Shown: positions 18,425-28,452, counted from the stretch's first letter. The stretch: 64,000 nt of DNA from Candidatus Dojkabacteria bacterium (GCA_030583845.1 CP129478.1:971686-1035685), one strand, 5' to 3'. The notes: generated from the sequence alone by a model not told the origin. Made by a program: numbers and translations.

Positions 18425-20161
18425 ATGAAAAATCGCAACAGCAAAACGAAATTTTCAGTAGAGAGCTTTATCCTTCAGGCCAGAATTAGCCCCTCAAAAT
18501 ATGACCAGATAACCGATCAGAAATTCTCAGACATGCTTTGGGCGAAGATTTCCCAAAAAGCAGCGAAGCTTCTAGATGGCATTTCAGTAATGTCATCCTT
18601 TCTTCCTTCGATATACCCGGCTAACAGCCGGTTATTCTATTCTGGTATTGTTATTGCAGTAGCGCTGGTAGGATTGACAATATTTGCTGTAAGCAAGCCA
18701 GGAATGATTATGACACAAAGCGTGAAGAAACAGTCATACACAGGCACGATCTCATACTTATATGGTCAAACTGGGACAGAAGCTGACAGTAAACTGCTCT
18801 ATTCTATCTCTGATGGAGCAACAATAAAGGATGGCGACTCAATTCAGACCGAAGCAAATAGCAGAGCTTCGATACTATTTGAAAGTGGAGACATTGTGCG
18901 GCTCGACAACAATACTTCGTTAAAAATTAACAAGGCAAATAGCGATACAATAAGTCTAGACCTTTCGCACGGTCAGCTATATGTAAGGGCAGCGGATGAC
19001 AGAACATATATTGAAGTAAATACTGAGTATGGCAAGTATAAGAGTGAAAAGGCAGTTTATACAGTGGTGTCTAATGAGAATGAAGACGGAGTATTAGTGC
19101 TTAAGGACGAAGTAGAGGCAGAAACAAAGGCGAATAAAGTAAAAGTTGAAGAAGTAGATGAGGGTTACACATATTTCATTATGAATAGTCCAAGCTCAAG
19201 ATATTCTCTTGGACTTGGTATCCTTGAACAGTCTTTCATAACTGGGTCTGACTTTATTTCATGGAATGCCTCACAAGATAGCAAAGTCTTGGGTGGAAGC
19301 ACAAAGATTAGTGAGATCGCTTATCTAGAGAGCCCTCAGATCGCCATGAAGACACCTTATAACAGCACTGTTGAAGGCGGTACAGCTGTAATTGAAGGAC
19401 AAACCTCACCAAAAAGCACTGTAGTTATTAATGGAGAAGAGAGCAAGGTGCAGCAGAATGGAGAATTCGAGAAGAAGGTGCAGGTCGAGAATGGTAGTAA
19501 TGTGATCGAAATTGTAGCAACAGACAGCGAAGGCAATAGCGCTATCGAGACAGTTGAGGTAGTTAGTGTTGTGCCACAGGTGCCAGCGATTAAGACTAAT
19601 GCATGGGCCGAGGGTGAAGGTATGAGAGTTGCCTGGAGCATTATAGAAGGTAGCGGAGATGGTTTTGATTTCTGGAAGCTACTTTATTCTAGAGGCTCGA
19701 ATCTAGTTTTGGGTAGTGCAATTACCAGAGATGTACAGAAGACTAAAGGTGAGTATTTCATACCAATTGCAGACGGGCAGACATACAATGTAAGACTTTG
19801 CGCCTATATTAAGGCTGAAAATAGATGCTTTGCATACAGCAATATTGTGTCTGTGGCATCTCCGACCCCAATGTTTACTTCGTCACCATTTAGTGTCGAG
19901 GTCGAGGCAAACAAAGTACTTTGGGAGTATGACGGTGTTACAGAAGAAGGCTTCTTAGTCGCCTGGAGCACAGAAGAGATATCTGATAAGCTTCCTCGAT
20001 CACAGTTTAGAGTAAAGCATGTAAAGTCTAAATCAGAAGGTAAGGCCAGGCTTGAGGCTTTCCAAGGAGATGGTAGCTACAATGTGAGCATATGTGTAAA
20101 GGATGGGAAAACTTGTAGTGGTGTCCCTGAGAAGATTGATGTGGTACTTCGTGATTATTGA
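18425..20161 (+). CDS. Putative anti-sigma factor: single TM, FecR-like domain, then Ig/FN3-like beta-rich ectodomain
   Basis: It lies immediately downstream of the ECF sigma gene. It has one TM at about aa 75-95, and 'DGDSIQTEANSRASILFESGDIVRLDNNTSLKIN' is FecR-like. Confidence 0.55.
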   Translation: MKNRNSKTKFSVESFILQARISPSKYDQITDQKFSDMLWAKISQKAAKLLDGISVMSSFLPSIYPANSRLFYSGIVIAVALVGLTIFAVSKPGMIMTQSVKKQSYTGTISYLYGQTGTEADSKLLYSISDGATIKDGDSIQTEANSRASILFESGDIVRLDNNTSLKINKANSDTISLDLSHGQLYVRAADDRTYIEVNTEYGKYKSEKAVYTVVSNENEDGVLVLKDEVEAETKANKVKVEEVDEGYTYFIMNSPSSRYSLGLGILEQSFITGSDFISWNASQDSKVLGGSTKISEIAYLESPQIAMKTPYNSTVEGGTAVIEGQTSPKSTVVINGEESKVQQNGEFEKKVQVENGSNVIEIVATDSEGNSAIETVEVVSVVPQVPAIKTNAWAEGEGMRVAWSIIEGSGDGFDFWKLLYSRGSNLVLGSAITRDVQKTKGEYFIPIADGQTYNVRLCAYIKAENRCFAYSNIVSVASPTPMFTSSPFSVEVEANKVLWEYDGVTEEGFLVAWSTEEISDKLPRSQFRVKHVKSKSEGKARLEAFQGDGSYNVSICVKDGKTCSGVPEKIDVVLRDY

Positions 20162-20178
20162 GCATAAAACTCATTTTC

Positions 20179-20209
20179 TCGACAGGGTGCAGGTTTGTAG
20201 GCTATAATC
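20179..20209 (+). promoter_or_regulatory. Sigma-70-like promoter (TCGACA-N18-TATAAT) driving the lysS leader
   Basis: Seen directly: tcgaca...ggctataat. Confidence 0.35.
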
Positions 20210-20214
20210 GATCA

Positions 20215-20514
20215 GCATTGACGAGGAACTTCTGGTTGTACGATGCTTACAGTGACTCCGGTAAAGTGCGAACGGAGAACATCAAACCCGAAGCAAGACC
20301 TCCGAGCTTAGGAAGAAATCTATCTTATGATCGCAGTCAGCGATTATAGCGAATAAATAGAGAGTAGAACCTGCAGTAGAGCAAGCTGTGAATTGCTAGG
20401 CTAGCAATAGCCAACAAGGCTTAGGTAGAGATATCTGGGCAAAGCAAAGTGGTACCGCGGTTGAACGCCTTTGCAACAAGTTAATTTTGACTTGTTGCAA
20501 AGGCGTTTTGTTTT
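20215..20514 (+). promoter_or_regulatory. Probable T-box riboswitch leader (tRNA-Lys responsive) upstream of lysS
   Basis: T-box core 'AAAGUGGUACCGCGG' lies immediately 5' of an intrinsic terminator. An antiterminator can be drawn as gcaaag-[UGGUACC bulge]-gcgGUUGAAcgc-ctttgc, which competes with the terminator 5' arm. A candidate specifier hairpin, ccgGUAAAGUGCGAAcgg, contains AAA/AAG. The UGGU bulge matches discriminator A73 of tRNA-Lys. Confidence 0.6.
20464..20514 (+). terminator. Rho-independent terminator (18-bp stem, 8-nt loop, T-tract); the T-box expression-platform terminator
   Basis: aacgcctttgcaacaagt-taattttg-acttgttgcaaaggcgtt followed by ttgtttt. Confidence 0.7.
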
Positions 20515-20556
20515 AATAACTCCTGTGAGTTATACATAAATTCAGTAAAAAATAGC

Positions 20557-22548
20557 ATGAACGAAACAAAATTTGGAAGCGACCTTATAGGTCAAAGAGC
20601 TCAAAGAATAGCAAAGGTTAAGGAGCTGACGCAGCTGGGCATCAACCCCTACCCTGGGAAGGGAGAGCGTACAAAATACGCAAGTGAGATTATTGTGCAG
20701 TATGCACAGCTAGAAGGCAAAAAGGTTGTGGTAAATGGTCGTGTAATGACATGGAGGCAGCATGGGGATATCCAATTTATTGATCTACAAGATCAAACAG
20801 GGCGTATACAGCTTTACATTCGTAATGAGGAGCTAGGCGCAACCAATACGGCTGAGGGAATACTTGGCTTAGATAAGCTTCATCTACTTGATATCGGTGA
20901 CCATATCGAGGCACGTGGTACCGTAACTAAGACCAAAACTGGTCAGGAATCAGTACTTGTAACCAGTATCAAGCTTCTATCAAAGAGCATACGACCGCTT
21001 CCAAATAAGTGGCAAGGAGTTACCGACAAAGAGACTAGGTATCGAAGAAGATATCTTGATATGACGATGAATCCAGAGGTTCGCGAGATGTTTGTACGAA
21101 GAGGTGTATTCTGGAACGCTGTGCGAGACTTTATGGAGTCTACAGGCTTCACGGAGGTTAATATTCCAGTGCTGGAGCATACCACAGGAGGTGCAGATGC
21201 AAGGCCATTTGAGACATATTACGATGCGCTTGCCGAGAATTTCTACCTCAGGATATCCCACGAGCTCCCGCTTAAGCGGCTTCTAGGTGGCGGGTTTGAA
21301 AAAGTGTATGACCTCGGACCAAGATTTAGAAATGAAGGTTTTAGCGAAGAGCACCTGCCGGAGCATGTAGCCATGGAGTGGTACTGGGCTTATGCTGACT
21401 CACGCGATGGGATGAAGCTTACAGAAGAGATGTTCAAATATGTACTTGAAAAAGTTTATGGCACATTGCAGTTTGAGATCCGTGGTAACGCAGTCGATCT
21501 TAGCGGTCAATGGGAAGAGATAGACTTCTCGACAGTTGTTTGGGATAAGTTTGGTGTCAGCGTATTTGATGACACAGTTGAAAAGCTTGTAGATGTATAC
21601 GTGAAAAATGGAGGTGAGGCAGATCTCAACATGAATCGAAGCAGGGTGGCAGACGGGTTGTGGAAGCTGATTCGGAAAGATATTGTCGGGCCGGTCTTTT
21701 TGACTGGAGTTCCGAAATTCCTATCTCCGCTATCAAAAGCCAATGTGGATGATCCACGCAAGGCTGACAGATTCCATCCTATAATCCTTGGCAGTGAGAT
21801 GGCGAATGCATTTTCTGAGCTAAATGACCCGCAAGAGCAGCTTGATAGGTTCCTTGAGCAGCAAGATATGAGAGATTCTGGCGACGAAGAGGCACATATG
21901 CTTGATATAGATTTCGTAGAGATGCTCGAATATGGTATGCCGCCTGCAGTAGGGTTTGGGATGTCTGAGCGTGTATTCTGGGCATTTGAGGCTGTTACAG
22001 CCCGTGAAGGAGTGCCATTCCCGCCGATGAAGAGATTCTTTGACAATTTCTCGAAAGAGATTTATGGCGATCGAGTAGACTTTAGTAAGCTTACTTCACA
22101 TAAGAAGCCTGCATATGCAGCATCAAGCACGCCTGCATCGAACTCTAAATTTGTCATCGTGCTCAACAAAGATGTTGAAGGCTGGAGGCTTACAAATACT
22201 GTAGGACATCTGACAGCCTATCTTGGCGGCAAAGTTGGCGAGGCAGTGGTAGGTCGGGAGAGCTTCACGCTGGCAGATGGAGATAAAATATCTGCAAATT
22301 CACAGTTTCCTGTGATTACACTCGCAGCAAATCCAGGCCAGATGGTTAATTTCGCTCGGAAAGTACAAGAAACTGGATTACCATACCTTATATATGTTGA
22401 CGAGATGATTCAGTTTAACCTAGATGATCCTCTCCAAGAGGATCTCAAGGATAAAAAGCTGGATGATCTACTGATTTGGGGTATTGGTGTCTTTGGGGCA
22501 GCAGATATAATCGACCCGCTTACAAAGAAATTCAGTATGTGGGGCTAA
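20557..22548 (+). CDS. lysS: Lysyl-tRNA synthetase (class II) with an extra C-terminal domain of about 150 aa (Pth2/DUF2000-like, tentative)
   Basis: N-terminal OB anticodon-binding domain plus class II motifs ('FRNEG', 'GLGIDR'-like 'GFGMSERV'). Length 663 aa versus about 500 typical; the tail 'FVIVLNKDVEGWRLTNTVGHLTAYLGG' resembles the Pth2 fold signature. Confidence 0.85.
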   Translation: MNETKFGSDLIGQRAQRIAKVKELTQLGINPYPGKGERTKYASEIIVQYAQLEGKKVVVNGRVMTWRQHGDIQFIDLQDQTGRIQLYIRNEELGATNTAEGILGLDKLHLLDIGDHIEARGTVTKTKTGQESVLVTSIKLLSKSIRPLPNKWQGVTDKETRYRRRYLDMTMNPEVREMFVRRGVFWNAVRDFMESTGFTEVNIPVLEHTTGGADARPFETYYDALAENFYLRISHELPLKRLLGGGFEKVYDLGPRFRNEGFSEEHLPEHVAMEWYWAYADSRDGMKLTEEMFKYVLEKVYGTLQFEIRGNAVDLSGQWEEIDFSTVVWDKFGVSVFDDTVEKLVDVYVKNGGEADLNMNRSRVADGLWKLIRKDIVGPVFLTGVPKFLSPLSKANVDDPRKADRFHPIILGSEMANAFSELNDPQEQLDRFLEQQDMRDSGDEEAHMLDIDFVEMLEYGMPPAVGFGMSERVFWAFEAVTAREGVPFPPMKRFFDNFSKEIYGDRVDFSKLTSHKKPAYAASSTPASNSKFVIVLNKDVEGWRLTNTVGHLTAYLGGKVGEAVVGRESFTLADGDKISANSQFPVITLAANPGQMVNFARKVQETGLPYLIYVDEMIQFNLDDPLQEDLKDKKLDDLLIWGIGVFGAADIIDPLTKKFSMWG

Positions 22549-23738
22549 GCCATCGGTGCAGCTTGGATTGGCATTGCATCTGTTTGAGCGGCGTCCGGTA
22601 CAGAGTTTGAGGTTGCATCTGGGGCTGTAGTTGGTGCAGCTGTGAAGTCTTTGTTGCGGACCTCTTCGACACTCGGCAATACCAGCCGTGCATACTGATC
22701 AACGTTGCTTTCATCGATTGTAACAGATGTAGTCTTGCCCAACACGATCTGCTTTGTTACATAACGCGCCAATTTTTTCATGCTCTGTTCAATTCGTCTC
22801 ACACCTTGGTCGGTACCAAATGTGCTGATAAGCTTTGGCCAAGCGGTTTGTGAGATCTGTAGCTCCTCGGGCTTTAGCTCTGCATACTCCAAGACCTTAG
22901 GGAATAAATATTTCTGAGCGATGACGACTTTCTCATCGACTGTATAGTCTGGAAACTCTATAAACTCTATCCTATCTAGCAATTCGCGAGAGATAGTCTT
23001 AAAACGGTTTGCAGTCGCTATAAACAGTATCTTTGAAAGGTCTACTGGATAATCAATATAAATATCTCGAAAAGACTTGTTTTGTTGCGGATCCATTATC
23101 TCGAGCATTATCGCCATAAAGTCTTGTCTACTGCTCTCGCTTCCGCTTACCTTATCGAACTCATCAAGGAGGATCACTGGATTCATGCAGCCCGACTTCA
23201 CCATTGAGCGCACAATTTGGCCAGGAGTCCCTGTCAGGTCAGCAGCAGGCGAGCCGCGTAATTCAGTTGGAGAGCCCAATCCACCAAGTGAAATCCTGTA
23301 AAATGGTCGTCCTAGAGCAGCAGCTATAGCTTTGGCGAGGCTTGTCTTGCCCGCACCCTGCACTCCAACAAATGCTAGAACTGGCGCTGAATACTCTCTG
23401 TCTGCTGCAGCATTTTTGCGATTCAATACCGCAAGATACTCAAGCACTACCTCTTTAACGTTCTCGCTACCGTAATGCATGCTATCAATTACCTGCTTGG
23501 CCTTTACGAGGTCAAGATTGTCTTGAACATATCTGCCCCAAGGCACGCTCATGCACCAGTCAATATATTTGGCGATAGCTTCATACTCTCCAGCTGACTG
23601 ACCCTGCCTAGCCATTCGTCTGAGGCGTTTCAGCTTCATCTCAATCTGTTCTCTAAGTCCTTGAGGAAGTGTGGCTTGCTCTAGCTTACTTATTAGGTAA
23701 AGCACTTCGGCCAATTGTGTTGTCGACTCTTCTTGCAT
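22545..23738 (-). CDS. Lon-like AAA+ ATPase lacking the Lon protease (S16) domain
   Basis: The 'YIDWCMSVPWG', 'GVQGAGKTSLAKAIAAALGRPFYRISLGG', Walker B 'LLDEFDK' and 'LLDRIEFIEFPDYTVDEKVVIAQKYL' motifs track Lon residues closely. The protein ends in an Ala/Pro/Thr-rich tail with no Ser-Lys dyad domain. Confidence 0.7.
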   Translation of the reverse strand: MQEESTTQLAEVLYLISKLEQATLPQGLREQIEMKLKRLRRMARQGQSAGEYEAIAKYIDWCMSVPWGRYVQDNLDLVKAKQVIDSMHYGSENVKEVVLEYLAVLNRKNAAADREYSAPVLAFVGVQGAGKTSLAKAIAAALGRPFYRISLGGLGSPTELRGSPAADLTGTPGQIVRSMVKSGCMNPVILLDEFDKVSGSESSRQDFMAIMLEIMDPQQNKSFRDIYIDYPVDLSKILFIATANRFKTISRELLDRIEFIEFPDYTVDEKVVIAQKYLFPKVLEYAELKPEELQISQTAWPKLISTFGTDQGVRRIEQSMKKLARYVTKQIVLGKTTSVTIDESNVDQYARLVLPSVEEVRNKDFTAAPTTAPDATSNSVPDAAQTDAMPIQAAPMA

Positions 23739-23844
23739 CTTGGGCAGATAAGTAAGTTTCTTTATCTAGTTTACCACAGAGAAACTGCTACTCGACAAAC
23801 TTATAGTGCGACCACTTGTTGCCAAGTGGTCGCACTACTTTACT

Positions 23845-25905
23845 TTAACGCACCACCAATGCTGTGTAGTTTAGGTATGCCCAGTTCGAGTAGAAGGTCG
23901 CTGGGTCATAGGTAAGATAACCTCTCCATGGATCCATGACGTAGATAGCTGTCGGGTTCTCCGGTGTACCAGCAAAACCATATACTATCTCAGAATGCAT
24001 ACCCATATAGCCTGTAACCCCGGAAGGCAATGTGTAGGCACCTCTAGGCTGGCTATAACGGTTATACCACCACAGAATCACTGGATCGCCATTCTGAACA
24101 TTTCGAAGAAGATCTGTCGTATTCCAGCCTGTGTGCGTTTCAACTTGTCGGTATCCGCTAACAAAATTTGATACTGGGCCTATATGAACTCCATACCCTG
24201 ATACCCAACCGACATTCGGGTTATCGCTAGTACCAACTCCACTGCGGATCTGGTTCTCAGTCATATTTATGCCGTAATATCCCAAAACCATCCGTGTAGC
24301 AGCAATATTGCAGGTAAAGGTTTCCTGCTGGCGATAGTAAGGGATGCCACTGATTGTAAATACATTCGCGCGTGTAGTGAACCCAGTCGAGAATGCTTGA
24401 TCAGAGTCAATTCCGTAAACTGTTTTAACGCCAGCACTTACAGTTGCAGTATATCTTGTTGCATATGCTGCAGATGTAGAGAGGGTGTATCTCATCAGAT
24501 CTCCTTCCCAGCTGAATGTACCCGCGACAGACGGTGAAAGCGAGAAGTGTGATTGTGCCGACTCTTTGTCAACTGGTTGGTTAAATTGTGCGCTGATAAC
24601 AAGCCCTGCTGGCTCAATGCCTGTCGCACCGTTCGTAGGACTAAATGATGAAACAACTACTTTACCAGCCACGCCAAATGTAAAGATAATGTCTTCCTGA
24701 GTTACGCCGCTGCTACCGCTCATCAACCCTTTATTAAATTTAACAGTATACGACTGGCCTTTTGTTAGATCTGCGTTTGGAATAAATACAAATGTATAAT
24801 CATCGCGCCACTCTATTCGCCCTTCGGTTGCAGGCTCAATGCTGAAGTTATTCTCAACTTCAGCTTTATCCATTTTTTGATCGAACACGGCGATTATCTC
24901 AGAATCTGCAGGTGCGGCATTTCCTTTTGGAGACTGAGACTTAAGATATGGAGTCGTAACTGTCTTAAACTTCATATCCAAGATAGTCTCTGTGTCGCTT
25001 CGCTCGATATCTTCACCGTTCTCTACATTGTATGAGCGCAAGTTTCTGTAAATCTTTAATGTATACTCACTATCCTGTTTCAATTCTTCCTCTAGATTAA
25101 GCATATGAACATAATCACCGGATAGATCGACTGTGAACTTCACCTCAGGAGAGATCTCATACTTAAGCTCAACGAAGCTGCCTAATGGAGAATCATATTC
25201 AACATAGAGTGGTTTGTTAACAGGCACATCTGCGCTGTCAGCGTCAGGTATTGTCTGGTATATTTGTGGTACTTTGGGGCCATAGAATTCAACAGCCTGC
25301 TCATGCTGCTTCCCATCGCTCCATGGAAGTCTGATACCTGTAATATAGATTACGACTACCGAACCAGGGTAGATAGACTCTTTAGGAGTAAATTTAACCT
25401 TTCGTTTTAAGGAGTCGCTTCCCCAGATGCCTTCCCATTCCCATTTACCCTCAACTTCTGGTGACATATTAAACTTTACAGTCTCCTGATCTATCGGCAA
25501 ATCAAACTCTATTTCAATTGGCTGCTCACCCGAGACCATATATGCATTAACATCGGGTGTGGAGCCAATGACATTTGGTCTAATGATAAATGCCATGTAG
25601 AAGACCACCCACATCAATATAAGCAGCAGAATATCGAAAATTACTAGCAATATGTGATATTTCTTATCCCAAAGCCAAAGGCCAATCTTCTTATACCAGA
25701 CAGAAGTCACCTTAGCAGCTGATGCATCACCTGCCTTTTTCTTATATTTTCGGCGAATAATAAAGAATCCTACATTTATAGCTATAAGCAGTAGTAGGAA
25801 AATTATTAATACAACTACTCTTGATTCGAATGATGGGAGATACTCCTTAACATACTCTTCAAGTGCTCGAATTCTGAAATCGTTAAAGTCCATATCACTT
25901 GGCAA
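23845..25905 (-). CDS. Membrane-anchored protein with Ig-like repeats and a C-terminal C39-like (papain-fold) cysteine peptidase domain
   Basis: N-terminal TM helices and beta-rich repeats. The C-terminal 'YYRQQETFTCNIAATRMVLGYYG' is typical of the Peptidase_C39_2 family. Confidence 0.5.
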   Translation of the reverse strand: MPSDMDFNDFRIRALEEYVKEYLPSFESRVVVLIIFLLLLIAINVGFFIIRRKYKKKAGDASAAKVTSVWYKKIGLWLWDKKYHILLVIFDILLLILMWVVFYMAFIIRPNVIGSTPDVNAYMVSGEQPIEIEFDLPIDQETVKFNMSPEVEGKWEWEGIWGSDSLKRKVKFTPKESIYPGSVVVIYITGIRLPWSDGKQHEQAVEFYGPKVPQIYQTIPDADSADVPVNKPLYVEYDSPLGSFVELKYEISPEVKFTVDLSGDYVHMLNLEEELKQDSEYTLKIYRNLRSYNVENGEDIERSDTETILDMKFKTVTTPYLKSQSPKGNAAPADSEIIAVFDQKMDKAEVENNFSIEPATEGRIEWRDDYTFVFIPNADLTKGQSYTVKFNKGLMSGSSGVTQEDIIFTFGVAGKVVVSSFSPTNGATGIEPAGLVISAQFNQPVDKESAQSHFSLSPSVAGTFSWEGDLMRYTLSTSAAYATRYTATVSAGVKTVYGIDSDQAFSTGFTTRANVFTISGIPYYRQQETFTCNIAATRMVLGYYGINMTENQIRSGVGTSDNPNVGWVSGYGVHIGPVSNFVSGYRQVETHTGWNTTDLLRNVQNGDPVILWWYNRYSQPRGAYTLPSGVTGYMGMHSEIVYGFAGTPENPTAIYVMDPWRGYLTYDPATFYSNWAYLNYTALVVR

Positions 25906-27385
25906 CTAAATTATGTACATTGTTAATAGTCTCAAATATAACAGGTCCCTGGTCGTTTTCATAGCTATGTTTGCTTATCCCTTCCAAAGTGCCGCTTACA
26001 CACGGCTCATCTTTGTAGAAGTAATCTGGATGTGACAGAAAGTTGAATACTTTTGCTTCATCAACCGGTCTGCCATTGTAAATTTGACCAAACCTTCCTA
26101 GCACTTCATACGAAGAAAGTGCCGTGCAGTCACCACCATTGTTGGGATACTCCCAAATTCGCAAAATGTCGGCGGGCGATCCAGAGCCCAGATTCTGATC
26201 ATACCTGTTTGGCCTATATGGTTGCGTCTCAACCTTCAGATCCCATGGAACTGGTATGCCATTGGTGCCAAGTGTAAAGCGTGTCCTACCAGAAGAGTCG
26301 GCATAGAAGCCCTTCTGTTGCAATACTATAAGTGTATCTTCATCTGCCTGCCATCCTCCGGCTCGGAAGACTTTTGGATCTGGAAGACCACGTTCGTCAA
26401 ACTGCTTCCTCGACCAATCGATTATTTTGCCTAACTCCTGCTGAGAATAGCCATAAACCATTACATCGTATCCATCATGAGTATTCCATCCCCAAGCAGG
26501 AGTCTGCCTCACTGTTACACCGGTACTTTCGACCATGTCAAAAAACATATGAAGATGTAGGCCAATTTCATCACCTGCTGTAGCTCTTTGCTTAACCCAA
26601 TCTGTAGCTCGTGCCCGATATGCCTCTGAATATTGCTTAGAAACATAAAGCCTTGGGTTCCAGAAGTGAGTAATTGGCGCATTGTACTGATCGGATAAAT
26701 CAGCAAGCTTAGTGAAGGTCTCATCCTTGACAAGATTGCCGTCCCAGTCAAGCGTGAAATTGACATACACTGGATATGAAAGATTATATTCGAATGCCTC
26801 AGTTTCAAATTTCCCACAATCGCTGCGTATTATCGCCTTAACTTCGTATATACCAGGATTATATCTAGCCAACGGAATATCAAGCTCAAAGCTCTCTTCT
26901 TCGACGAGTGGAAGATCCGCTAAGTCATCTGTGCCAACGATAGAGTATTGAACCTGAAGATTTAGCTGATCCTTGTATGCATTAAAAAATTTCACAAACT
27001 CATTTGATGGGATGGTCGTAAATCTTAAAGTCGAGTCTGAGGGATTGTTAGTAATTAGATACCACTTACGATCGGTATAAGCCGAGTGAAAAGCCTCTCC
27101 ACCCACCTCCTCAAAGCGATTACACAGCGCCTTATCAAGCGAGACTCCCTCTACCTCACCTTCTGCTGTTGCAGAATATGCTAGGTCGACGGTGGAAATA
27201 CCAGTATTTCCCACCTCCTTCTTGTCATACATAAAGTCTGTAACGGAATATGAGAGGAATCCAACCCCTAAGAGCATGATGCCTAAAAATAGAACTTGGA
27301 AAACCAGCTTGTTCTTTTTCTTCTTTCTTCTGTAATTGTAATTTTGCGCTTTATATCTCATTTCCCGAATATTTCCTCGAGCCAT
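25895..27385 (-). CDS. Membrane-anchored secreted protein, paralog of 32420-34060 (carbohydrate esterase/deacetylase-like, tentative)
   Basis: It shares long blocks with 32420-34060 ('LHLHMFFDMV', 'PAWGWN..DGYDV', 'FRAGGW', 'FLSHPDYF'). It has an N-terminal TM. Confidence 0.45.
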   Translation of the reverse strand: MARGNIREMRYKAQNYNYRRKKKKNKLVFQVLFLGIMLLGVGFLSYSVTDFMYDKKEVGNTGISTVDLAYSATAEGEVEGVSLDKALCNRFEEVGGEAFHSAYTDRKWYLITNNPSDSTLRFTTIPSNEFVKFFNAYKDQLNLQVQYSIVGTDDLADLPLVEEESFELDIPLARYNPGIYEVKAIIRSDCGKFETEAFEYNLSYPVYVNFTLDWDGNLVKDETFTKLADLSDQYNAPITHFWNPRLYVSKQYSEAYRARATDWVKQRATAGDEIGLHLHMFFDMVESTGVTVRQTPAWGWNTHDGYDVMVYGYSQQELGKIIDWSRKQFDERGLPDPKVFRAGGWQADEDTLIVLQQKGFYADSSGRTRFTLGTNGIPVPWDLKVETQPYRPNRYDQNLGSGSPADILRIWEYPNNGGDCTALSSYEVLGRFGQIYNGRPVDEAKVFNFLSHPDYFYKDEPCVSGTLEGISKHSYENDQGPVIFETINNVHNLVAK

Positions 27386-27408
27386 TCTCTATATTGAAGC
27401 CATTTCTT

Positions 27409-28452
27409 TCAAGTAAGCTTCTTGGATCTTCTTAATTCGATTAACCGAACCAGTAGCGAGACTACAAGTATAACGAAAATCGCTGCAGCGGCAGCTCCGA
27501 TGGCGCCAAAACGCTGTCCTGCAACAAGTATACTTACAGTGTACATGACTATAACGTGAAGCTGGTAATACTCAAAGGTATAGCGGCTCATATATTTTAA
27601 TGAGCTCGCAAGCGGTTTTAATCTGGTGATTAGCTCTGAAAGTAGCAAGAAAAGGGCAGCATATGCCACCCCGTAAGCCAAGAAAAGCAGAGAAGGTGGG
27701 AACCGATCTTGCCCAAATCCTAGTCGATGCTCAGCGATATAGATCCCCGCAGCCATGATTGCAAAAGCGATCCCAAGAAACACCCGCCTATCCTTTATGT
27801 TATGGCTCCAGTAGCCCCAAGCCAGACCTATCGCCAGCACTGGGAAATAGGAAAGTAATCCAAACCTGTGAAGTTCTTCGTGGCCCACAAACAGCGCTTT
27901 GTAAGCGTTTAGCAGCTCTATTTTAAGGTCTACCTTATATAAGTATGCTGCGGCAACATAAACTACTACAGCCACAATTAGTAAAATATATGGCTTACTC
28001 AAGGATATTCTCAGATATTTCTGGAATGCGAATATAAGTATGTCCACAAGAGCAAAAGTGAGTATGAATTCTGTGAAAATTGGTACCTCTACGAAGAATA
28101 GCACGCGCATAATTTCATTAAATGAAGGAAGTGACTGATTGCTCAATATCACAACTGCAAATGCTGCCACATAGTAGCCTGACAATATATATGCAACACG
28201 TTGCCACAATTTTTCAAATGGTATCCTGTCGCCGCGATCCTTAAACTTGATTCCATATACAGAACCTGAGCAAAACAGGAAAGTGGTAAAGCAGACAGTG
28301 GCCCCTAGCCATGTAAAGAACCCAAGCCACCCTTGGTTGTCAAACTTGTAAAAAATCGCGTTGGTATGGGTAATAATCATCCACAGGACTACCGAGCCGC
28401 GTAGAAGATCTATTGAATTGTCGCGCTCGCTGTTTGGCTTTTGGGTCGACAT
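27409..28452 (-). CDS. Acyltransferase family 3 (OafA-like) membrane O-acyltransferase
   Basis: N-terminus 'IDLLRGSVVLWMIITH' and 10 TM typical of Acyl_transf_3. Confidence 0.75.
   Translation of the reverse strand: MSTQKPNSERDNSIDLLRGSVVLWMIITHTNAIFYKFDNQGWLGFFTWLGATVCFTTFLFCSGSVYGIKFKDRGDRIPFEKLWQRVAYILSGYYVAAFAVVILSNQSLPSFNEIMRVLFFVEVPIFTEFILTFALVDILIFAFQKYLRISLSKPYILLIVAVVVYVAAAYLYKVDLKIELLNAYKALFVGHEELHRFGLLSYFPVLAIGLAWGYWSHNIKDRRVFLGIAFAIMAAGIYIAEHRLGFGQDRFPPSLLFLAYGVAYAALFLLLSELITRLKPLASSLKYMSRYTFEYYQLHVIVMYTVSILVAGQRFGAIGAAAAAIFVILVVSLLVRLIELRRSKKLT

Noticed and set aside
21507-22046. 179-aa minus-strand ORF
   Set aside because: Antisense to lysS.
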